The position numbers were made by a program, and so were the translations under genes. A DNA stretch of 64,000 nt from an uncultured Enterobacteriaceae bacterium (GTDB taxonomy: Bacteria; Myxococcota_A; UBA9042), in the NCBI GenBank assembly GCA_964447285.1, contig CAYURO010000010.1, positions 67,729 through 131,728 on the forward strand, read 5' to 3'. How positions within the stretch are numbered: position 1 is the first letter of the stretch; each line of letters begins with the position of its first letter. The notes beneath the pieces were generated by a model. It searched no databases. It saw only the letters and a list, made by a program, of their open reading frames with translations, and was not told where the DNA came from. This document shows, one piece after another, positions 57,130-64,000 of the stretch.

Positions 57130-59695
57130 CCGCGGACGGCGGCTCGGCGCGGGTCGGGTCCTCGGGCCAAGCATGGCGGGGATAGCGACGCCCCAACTCT
57201 TTGCGCAGCGCCGGGTAATGCCGCTGCCAGAAACCCGCCAAATCGGTCGTGACCTGCACAGGTCGCTGGTTGGGGGCCAGCAGGTGCACCACCAACGGCA
57301 CGCGCCCCTGCGCCACACGCGGCCCTTGCGCCATGCCGAAGAAGTCCTGCAGTCGCGAGGAGATCCACGGGGTCTGCCCGTTCATGTAGTGCACGCGGGT
57401 ACGCCGACCGCCGGGCAGCGTGACCGTCTCTGGCGCCGTCTCGTCCAACCACTGCAACCTGCCATGCGTGGCGCAAGCAAGGTGCGACCGGAGTGCCCCC
57501 AGCAGGTCGGCTTCCCGCAAGTCCTTGAACGAACACCGATCCTCGCACAGGCCTGCCAGCACCGCCTGCACCGCGACGTCGTCCAGCTCGGGCAGATCGG
57601 TCAGGCCCCCGTCGCTGCGGGCAAAGGCCACCCGGGCACGCAGACGGTCCAGCGCATCCGCGTCGGCAAACGCCGCCGGTCCGGCGTTCGCCGCCGCCTC
57701 GCGCAACACGGTAGAAGCTTGCGTGCACGCGCGCGCGGGGCGAACCGTTGCGTCCAGCGTGATGCCGGCGAACTCCAGCCGCTCGGACGTGATCACCCGT
57801 TGATTCGTTGGGTTCCACGAAAACTCAGCGACCGCCTCAACCCGATCTGCAAACACGTCCAGCACCTGACTCGCGTCGAGTCCGCTGGCCAGCCGCACCC
57901 ACGTCGTCAGCCCGCGGCCGTCGCGGCGCTCCTCGGCATCGATGACCAGCAGCAGCTCGGGCTCCGTCGCTTGGGAGGTCGGAGCGAGCTTCACCGCGGT
58001 GCCGCCCGCCAACTCCAGCTCGGGTCCGCGCGCAGTCCTTCGCCTGGCCAACCGATCGGGAAACGCTTGCAACAAGGCCACATCCAGCGCATCGCCCGGA
58101 TTCACCGGCCGAGGTGGCGCCGCCTTCGACCACGCCCGCGCCAGCCCGTTCAGCTGCCGTTCGACCCGCTGCGCCTGCCGCAACGCCACCGGTTCCAGAC
58201 CCAGATCCCGCGCTCCCCGCGCGCCTGCGCTCTCAGCCTTGCGATACAGCTCCAGCAGCGCGTGGACGTCGGACCGCCCGTGGCCCGCTACCCGATGCAA
58301 GTCTTGGGTAGGCAAGCGGATCTCGCGCTCGGACAACAGCGCCGCCACCGCGCACCCGTCGTCGCCCACGCCCGCATCGACCGCACCCACGACCAGCCGA
58401 GCCAGCCGCGGTGGCAACGGCAACCGCAGCATCTGCCGCCCCAGCTGCGTCACCTGGCCGTCCGCAAGGGTCGCCCCGAGCAGTCCCAGCAGCTCGTGGG
58501 CGCCCGTCACGGCGGAATCCGGCGGCGGATCGAGCCAGAAGTTCGCGTCCAGACTGCGGATCGGCAAGCCCATCGCCGCCAACTGCAGCGCCACGTCGGA
58601 CAGGTCGCTGCGGGTGACCTCGGGACGCTCGGCATCCGGACGCGCGTCGTGGTCGAACACCGTGTACAGCCGCAGGCACCGCCCCGGCCCCACGCGCCCT
58701 GCCCGGCCCGCTCGCTGAGCCGACGAAGCCTTTGAAATCTTGGTCAATTGCAGAATCGGCAGCCCCGACCATCCGGCAAACCCCGCGACCCGCGCCAGCC
58801 CCGCGTCGACCACCGCGACCACACCCGGCAGCGTGACAGAGGTCTCCGCGACATTTGTCGCCAGCACGACCTTGCGCCGCGGACCCTGGACCATCGCGCG
58901 TTCCTGTTCGTCCAGCGGCAGGCTGCCGTGCAGAGGGCGGACGTCCAGATCGTGACGGTCAGCCAGCCCGCGCAACGCCTGTTCGCACCTGCGGATCTCG
59001 CCCGCACCCGGCAGAAACACCAACACGTCGCCCGCCAACCCCTCGTCCAGCAGACGGCGAACGGTCGAGGCGACCTGGTCTTCCAGTTGCCGCTGGTCCA
59101 ACGTCACCGCGTGCTCGACGGCGACGGGATACTGACGACCCGGCACGCGCAATACCCTGGCTTGATTCATGTATCTTGACAACGCGTCGGCATCCAACGT
59201 GGCCGACATCGCGACCAAGCGCAGGTCCGGGCGCAAGGCCGGGCAGGCAGGCGTGCCCAGCGTCAGGCGGCGCAGCAGGGCCAGCGAAAGATCGGTCGCC
59301 AAGCGCCGCTCGTGCAGCTCGTCCAGCACCACCGCGCCGATGCCGCGCAGGGTCGGGTCTTGCAGCAGCCGCCGCAGAAACACGCCGTCGGTCACGAAGC
59401 GCAGGCGGGTGGTGGGGCCAGAGACCTCGTCGAAGCGAACCGCATAACCCACCGTCTGGCCTGGAGTCTCGCCCAGCTCGAACGCCACGCGGCGGGCAGC
59501 CAGCAGGGCAGCGACCCGGCGCGGCTCGACCACCCAGACTTCGCCCGTGACCTCGGCAAGCAGCGCGGGAGGCACGCGGGTGGTCTTGCCGGCACCCGGT
59601 TCAGCTTGGAGCAACAGACAACCGTGCGCGCGCAGGGACTCGCGGACTGCGGCGAGGTGAAGGTCGATCGGCAGGGGGGGAAGGACGGGCGCCAT
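57083..59695 (-). CDS. hrpB: ATP-dependent RNA helicase HrpB
   Basis: DEAH-box helicase motifs (AEPGAGKTTRVP, DELHER), HA2 and HrpB_C domains. Start at MAPVLPPLPIDLHL (59695); the upstream extension to 60148 is rejected. Confidence 0.85.
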   Translation of the reverse strand: MAPVLPPLPIDLHLAAVRESLRAHGCLLLQAEPGAGKTTRVPPALLAEVTGEVWVVEPRRVAALLAARRVAFELGETPGQTVGYAVRFDEVSGPTTRLRFVTDGVFLRRLLQDPTLRGIGAVVLDELHERRLATDLSLALLRRLTLGTPACPALRPDLRLVAMSATLDADALSRYMNQARVLRVPGRQYPVAVEHAVTLDQRQLEDQVASTVRRLLDEGLAGDVLVFLPGAGEIRRCEQALRGLADRHDLDVRPLHGSLPLDEQERAMVQGPRRKVVLATNVAETSVTLPGVVAVVDAGLARVAGFAGWSGLPILQLTKISKASSAQRAGRAGRVGPGRCLRLYTVFDHDARPDAERPEVTRSDLSDVALQLAAMGLPIRSLDANFWLDPPPDSAVTGAHELLGLLGATLADGQVTQLGRQMLRLPLPPRLARLVVGAVDAGVGDDGCAVAALLSEREIRLPTQDLHRVAGHGRSDVHALLELYRKAESAGARGARDLGLEPVALRQAQRVERQLNGLARAWSKAAPPRPVNPGDALDVALLQAFPDRLARRRTARGPELELAGGTAVKLAPTSQATEPELLLVIDAEERRDGRGLTTWVRLASGLDASQVLDVFADRVEAVAEFSWNPTNQRVITSERLEFAGITLDATVRPARACTQASTVLREAAANAGPAAFADADALDRLRARVAFARSDGGLTDLPELDDVAVQAVLAGLCEDRCSFKDLREADLLGALRSHLACATHGRLQWLDETAPETVTLPGGRRTRVHYMNGQTPWISSRLQDFFGMAQGPRVAQGRVPLVVHLLAPNQRPVQVTTDLAGFWQRHYPALRKELGRRYPRHAWPEDPTRAEPPSAVSRPKTRDPGGPRAG

Positions 59696-59831
59696 GGCGG
59701 CGGAGCATACGGGACGCGCGGCAGAAGCGAAAACCGCGCCACGCAATCCCCAACCATGCGCATTTCCTTGTGTGAACAAACCTTCCTGCGTACGTTTGCG
59801 GCACTTCCCCGCCTGCCACTGGAGTCCACAC

Positions 59832-60335
59832 ATGACTGTCCGCGCTGCCGTCCTGACTTTCCTGCTGATCCTCGCCCTGCCCGCCACCTGCTGGGCCGGC
59901 GCCAAGCCCCACGATCCGCCCGGTGGCGATGCCGAGACGCACACCGACGGCTTCCGGGCGTTCCAGCTTGCGTTCGTCGGCGCCGTCATGGGTGGCGATG
60001 TCGATCGGGTCGTCGCCATGACCGCGTTTCCGCTGATGTCGTATGAGATGGCCGGCACCATCGCCAAGGCCAAGAAGCGCAAGGGACCGCTGGAACCGGA
60101 GGTCACCGAGACGCAATTCCGCAAGCACTTCAAGCGTCTGTTCAACACTGAGGTGCGACGTCACCTGAGCACGGGCAAGCCCTTGCGGCACGACGAGGAC
60201 GACGACCCGGCGAGTGTCTGGTATTCGATCGGCCACTCATCGGGAAAGTCGTGGTCGGCGTGGTTCGTGTTCGCGGGCGGCGCAAGCGAAGGGGGCGACT
60301 GGAAGCTGGTGCGCACCGACAACGTCAGCGAATAG
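59832..60335 (+). CDS. Hypothetical secreted protein
   Basis: Signal peptide MTVRAAVLTFLLILALPATCWA. No recognised domain. Confidence 0.45.
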   Translation: MTVRAAVLTFLLILALPATCWAGAKPHDPPGGDAETHTDGFRAFQLAFVGAVMGGDVDRVVAMTAFPLMSYEMAGTIAKAKKRKGPLEPEVTETQFRKHFKRLFNTEVRRHLSTGKPLRHDEDDDPASVWYSIGHSSGKSWSAWFVFAGGASEGGDWKLVRTDNVSE

Positions 60336-60476
60336 CGGACCCAAACGACCCGAAGTGTCATACGACTGTCACAACCCCCTGTTTGCCCCTTGAGTCCGCG
60401 CGCCCGGTCCTTACCATGCGCCCATCCCGGCATCCGACGGTCTCGAGCCGTGCGGGCTTGGTTTCAGGGGATTCGC

Positions 60477-61691
60477 ATGGACTACGAGAACTTCTTCCGC
60501 GACCGGATCAGTGACCTGACCCGCGAGGGCCGCTACCGCGTGTTCGCCAACCTCGAACGCCACGCGGGACGCTTTCCGCACGCCACGTTGCGCCGCGACG
60601 GACACGAGTCTGAGGTCGTGGTCTGGTGCTCGAACGACTACCTGGGCATGGGCCAGCACCCCGTCGTGCTCGAGGCCATGCACCGCGCCATCGACGAATG
60701 CGGCGCAGGCGCGGGCGGCACGCGAAACATCAGCGGAACCAACCACTACCACGTACAGCTCGAACAGGAACTGGCCGACCTGCACCACAAGCCTGCCGCC
60801 CTGCTCTTCACGGCTGGCTACACGGCGAACATGACGGCGCTGTCGACGCTGGCGGCGCGCATCCCGGGCTGCGTCGTCTACTCGGACAGCGAAAACCACA
60901 ACTCGATGATCGAGGGGATGCGCCACTCGCGAAGTGCCCGCGTGGTCTTCAAGCACAATGATCCCGCGGATCTGGAGCGGCACTTGGCGCGCACCGACCC
61001 GCACCTGCCCAAGCTGGTGGCCTTCGAGTCGGTCTACTCGATGGACGGCGACATCGCGCCGATTGCGGACCTGGCCGACGTGGCCAAGAAGTACAACGCC
61101 CTGACGTACATCGACGAAGTGCACGCGGTCGGCATGTACGGCGCACGAGGCGGCGGCGTGTCCGAGCGCGACGGGCAGGCGGCACGGCTCGACGTGATCC
61201 AGGGAACGCTTGCCAAGGCCATCGGCGTGATCGGCGGGTACATCGCAGGCTCGACGGCCTTGTGCGACTTCGTGCGCTCGTACGGCGCCGGCTTCATCTT
61301 CTCGTCGTCCATGCCCCCGGCGGCGGCGGCGGGCGCGCTGGCCAGCGTACGCTACCTGAAGCAACACCCCGAGTTGAGAGACCAGCATCAGGAGCGCGCC
61401 CAAGCACTGCGCAACAAGCTGGCCGCGGCCGGAATTCCCTTCCTGGATGCCGCCAGCCACATCGTCCCCGTCATGGTCGGCGATGCGAAGCTTTGCAAGC
61501 TGGCCAGCGACCTGCTGTTGGATCGGGGCCACTACGTGCAGCCGATCAACTACCCCACGGTCCCGGTCGGCACCGAGCGGCTGCGCTTTACGCCCGGCCC
61601 GCTGCACGACGACGCCATGCAAAACGATCTGGTCGAGTCGCTGGTCGAAGTCTGGGACGAGCTGGGGCTGCGACTGCAGGAAGCTGCCTGA
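60477..61691 (+). CDS. hemA: 5-aminolevulinate synthase (HemA/ALAS type; alpha-oxoamine synthase family)
   Basis: Collinear with Rhodobacter HemA along its full length (MDYENFF…EGRYR…[13 protein letters not shown]…GGTRNISGT…[10 protein letters not shown]…[11 protein letters not shown]…GTLAKA…), including the PLP-binding Lys region. Confidence 0.9.
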   Translation: MDYENFFRDRISDLTREGRYRVFANLERHAGRFPHATLRRDGHESEVVVWCSNDYLGMGQHPVVLEAMHRAIDECGAGAGGTRNISGTNHYHVQLEQELADLHHKPAALLFTAGYTANMTALSTLAARIPGCVVYSDSENHNSMIEGMRHSRSARVVFKHNDPADLERHLARTDPHLPKLVAFESVYSMDGDIAPIADLADVAKKYNALTYIDEVHAVGMYGARGGGVSERDGQAARLDVIQGTLAKAIGVIGGYIAGSTALCDFVRSYGAGFIFSSSMPPAAAAGALASVRYLKQHPELRDQHQERAQALRNKLAAAGIPFLDAASHIVPVMVGDAKLCKLASDLLLDRGHYVQPINYPTVPVGTERLRFTPGPLHDDAMQNDLVESLVEVWDELGLRLQEAA

Positions 61692-61735
61692 CGTACACGT
61701 GAGGTTCCCCGCTGCTTACCGATGAAGGAGTTCCC

Positions 61736-62242
61736 TTGAAGCTGATCGCCCTGCTGACCTTGATGGCCGCTGCACTTGCCGCGTGCGATTCCTCGACGGG
61801 CACCCTCGCCCCCGTCGTCCTTGCCGACACCGACCAGACGCTCGGTGACACGGCCATCGGCGACACGACCGGCGACACTGCCTCAGACGTCGCGAACACG
61901 GACGCCGCGGGCACCGATGCCACCATCGAAGCCGACGCGACCACGCCCGGAACGGACGCCACCGTCGAGACCGACACCACCGACACGACGCAAGAGCCCG
62001 TCTGCGGCTCGTGTCACACGATCCCGCCCTCCAACGGCCACCACCCGACCGTCTTCAAGAAGCACAAGTACTTGAAGTGCACCGCCTGCCACTTCGGCCT
62101 GGTCGACGCCAACGGGACGAAGAACCTGGCGCCCGACAAGCACCAGAACGGCACCAAGGACGTCAGCCTGGAGAAGGGTGGCACCTGGAACTCGGCCGCC
62201 CAGAGCTGCGACCCCGCCTGCCACGGCAAAGAGTATTGGTGA
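61736..62242 (+). CDS. c-type cytochrome lipoprotein (two CXXCH motifs plus one CX3CH)
   Basis: TTG start with aaGGAG Shine-Dalgarno, lipobox LAACDS. An Asp/Thr-rich linker, then CGSCH, CTACH and CDPACH motifs. Confidence 0.6.
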   Translation: MKLIALLTLMAAALAACDSSTGTLAPVVLADTDQTLGDTAIGDTTGDTASDVANTDAAGTDATIEADATTPGTDATVETDTTDTTQEPVCGSCHTIPPSNGHHPTVFKKHKYLKCTACHFGLVDANGTKNLAPDKHQNGTKDVSLEKGGTWNSAAQSCDPACHGKEYW

Positions 62243-62248
62243 CCCGGG

Positions 62249-63949
62249 TCAGGCGCTTGCGATGACACGCAGCTCGCGTCGCAACACCTTGCCCAGCGGA
62301 TTTTTCGGCAGGGCGTCCACCAGCGTCACCACGCGCGGCACCTTGTAAGCCGCCAGCACCTCGCGGCAATGCGCGCGCAGCTCGTCCTGGGACGTCGCAG
62401 CTCCCTCCCTGACCACCACAAACGCCCGCACGGCCTCGCCCGTCCCAACGTCCGGTACGCCGATCACCGCCACCTCCGCGACGGACGGGTGGACGGCCAG
62501 ACAAGCCTCGACCTCTACCGGATACACGTTGAAGCCGCTGACGAGGATCATGTCCTTCTTGCGGTCGACGATGCGCAGATAGCCAACCTCGTCCAGCGTC
62601 CCGATGTCCCCCGTGTGCAGCCAGCCGTCGGCCAGCGTAGCCGCCGTCTCCTCCGGGCGCTGCCAATAGCCGCGCATCACCTGGGGCCCGCGAACCAAGA
62701 CCTCTCCGGGTTCGCCGGTCTTCGCGTCGTGCCCGCCGTCTTCCACGATCCGCACGTCGGTCGAGGGCAGCGGCAGCCCGACCCCGCCCGCGCGGTCCAG
62801 CGTCCGCACAACACGGTCCCCTTTGCGCACCGCGGGGTTATAGGTGACGAGCGGGCTCGCCTCGCTGAGACCAAAGCCCTCGATGACCAGCGCACCCGTG
62901 GCCCGCTCGAAGGCTTCGCGTGTCGCATCCGGCACCGACGTCCCCCCCGCATAGACGGCACGCAAGGTCTTCGGTGGGTGGTCGGCGAACCACTTCTCTC
63001 CCAGCAGGCCGTTCAACAGCGTCGTCACCGCAATCGCAAAGGTGGGCGGGTACTTGTCGATGGCCGCGCGAAGGTTGCGGACCGGGCGAGGCAGCGGCAC
63101 CAGCACGCCGTGATAGCCCATGTGCAGCGGCAGCAGCATCCCGAGGGTGAATGCGAAGACGTGGTACAGCGGCAGGACGACCAGCTCTGTCTCGTGACCT
63201 GGAGTCAAGCATGGAGCGACGATCTCTTTTACCTGTGCAAGGTTGAATAGCAAATTGCGATGTGTCAGTTCAGCTCCCTTGGCCGTGCCCGTCGTTCCGC
63301 CGGTGTACTGCAGCAGCGCGACCGCGTCGGAGGTCACGTGCGGCAGCGGCACTCTGGACCGCGCGCCCTGTGCCAACACTTCGACAAACGGCAGGAATTT
63401 CGCGTGGGCCCTCGGCGGCGTCAGCGCCAGCTTGGCCTGAACAACCCACCGCTGCAGCAGCGGGAACAGGTCGGCCACCGACGCGGCGACAACCTTGCGC
63501 ACCGCCGTCCCCTGAATGGCAGCGGCCAGTCGGTCGGCAAGCTGCTGCACAACGACGGCCACGACTGCCCCAGAGTCCTCGATCTGCAAGCGCATTTCGC
63601 GCTCGGTGTAGAGCGGATTCACGTTCACGATGATGGCGCCTGCCCGCAGCGTCCCCATCGCGGCGATCGGATACGCCAGGATGTTCGGCATCACGAGCGC
63701 CACACGGTCGCCAGGTTGCACGCCCTGAACGACCAGCCAGCGCGCAAACGACGTGGCGTGGATGTCCAGGTCGGCAAACGACACGGCCCCCGAAAAGCCG
63801 TTGGGCAACACGGTGGTAAAGGCAGTCGCATGGCCGTGGGTCAGCGCGGAGCGGCTGGCCAGATCCGCCACGTTGTCCGCGAGCACAGGCTCGACCTCGT
63901 GTCGGATACCCACGGGATGATGGGAAAGCCAAGGGCGAGAGACATGCAT
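62249..63949 (-). CDS. fadD: Long-chain fatty-acid--CoA ligase (FadD-like AMP-dependent synthetase)
   Basis: N-terminus aligns with E. coli FadD (WLSHHP…). AMP-binding motif YTGGTTGTAKGAELTHRN and the C-terminal …PKNPLGKVLRREL. Confidence 0.85.
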   Translation of the reverse strand: MHVSRPWLSHHPVGIRHEVEPVLADNVADLASRSALTHGHATAFTTVLPNGFSGAVSFADLDIHATSFARWLVVQGVQPGDRVALVMPNILAYPIAAMGTLRAGAIIVNVNPLYTEREMRLQIEDSGAVVAVVVQQLADRLAAAIQGTAVRKVVAASVADLFPLLQRWVVQAKLALTPPRAHAKFLPFVEVLAQGARSRVPLPHVTSDAVALLQYTGGTTGTAKGAELTHRNLLFNLAQVKEIVAPCLTPGHETELVVLPLYHVFAFTLGMLLPLHMGYHGVLVPLPRPVRNLRAAIDKYPPTFAIAVTTLLNGLLGEKWFADHPPKTLRAVYAGGTSVPDATREAFERATGALVIEGFGLSEASPLVTYNPAVRKGDRVVRTLDRAGGVGLPLPSTDVRIVEDGGHDAKTGEPGEVLVRGPQVMRGYWQRPEETAATLADGWLHTGDIGTLDEVGYLRIVDRKKDMILVSGFNVYPVEVEACLAVHPSVAEVAVIGVPDVGTGEAVRAFVVVREGAATSQDELRAHCREVLAAYKVPRVVTLVDALPKNPLGKVLRRELRVIASA

Positions 63950-64000
63950 GGGGGGCCTCGGGGGGGGACGAGTCCCAAGAAGCTTGGCTGCCCAACGTCA

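Overview
High-GC (~69%) chromosomal segment, almost certainly from a myxobacterium (Myxococcota). The evidence is three giant lipoproteins built from TIGR02232-type 'Myxococcus cysteine-rich repeats', an MJ0042 zinc-ribbon/GYF (GltJ/AgmX-like) protein and a CcmE carrying the delta-proteobacterial CxxxY motif. I call about 49 CDS. I saw no rRNA, tRNA, CRISPR array, IS or transposase, and no phage signature.

Gene content, in order:
- rmuC, divergent from a TonB-dependent receptor.
- A long minus-strand cluster (11060 down to 4129): Cys-rich lipoprotein A, a 2Fe-2S ferredoxin, a PstS-like binding protein, a sensor histidine kinase, a NarL-type response regulator and a TPR-like protein.
- Divergent from it, Cys-rich lipoprotein B (11427..15158) with a lamin-tail domain.
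- A rhodanese-like lipoprotein.
- A MalK/E/F/G-type sugar ABC importer plus a PfkB kinase, a GT2 glycosyltransferase and tryptophanase.
- A DUF4339 membrane protein, a hotdog thioesterase-like protein and an orphan radical-SAM/SPASM enzyme.
- An ars-like redox operon on the minus strand: MBL-fold hydrolase, ArsM methyltransferase, an unannotated 33-aa Cys-rich ORF, a thioredoxin with a CPPC active site, and thioredoxin reductase.
- A DUF4139 lipoprotein, a glycosyltransferase, leuS, a Clp-family AAA+ ATPase and a lipid kinase.
- The GltJ/AgmX-like protein, then tdk, a deoxynucleoside kinase, a REC-HD-GYP regulator, add, a MaoC dehydratase, a LonN-domain protein and ccmE.
- Cys-rich lipoprotein C (50317..54015) with two MAM-like domains, a SemiSWEET, a second REC-HD-GYP regulator, a PAS-like protein, a NarL regulator and hrpB.
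- A HemA-type 5-aminolevulinate synthase, a c-type cytochrome lipoprotein and fadD.

The most interesting items are:
- the small Cys-rich ORF inside the arsM-trx-trxB operon;
- the orphan radical-SAM maturase-like enzyme lying convergent to that operon;
- the family of modular Cys-rich-repeat lipoproteins, which carry PPC, LTD or MAM C-terminal modules;
- an ALAS-type hemA next to an AMP-ligase.

Coordinates follow the supplied ORF track; around 16.1-17.3 kb my base-counting from the sequence lines is one less than the ORF track, so I used the ORF-track frame there.
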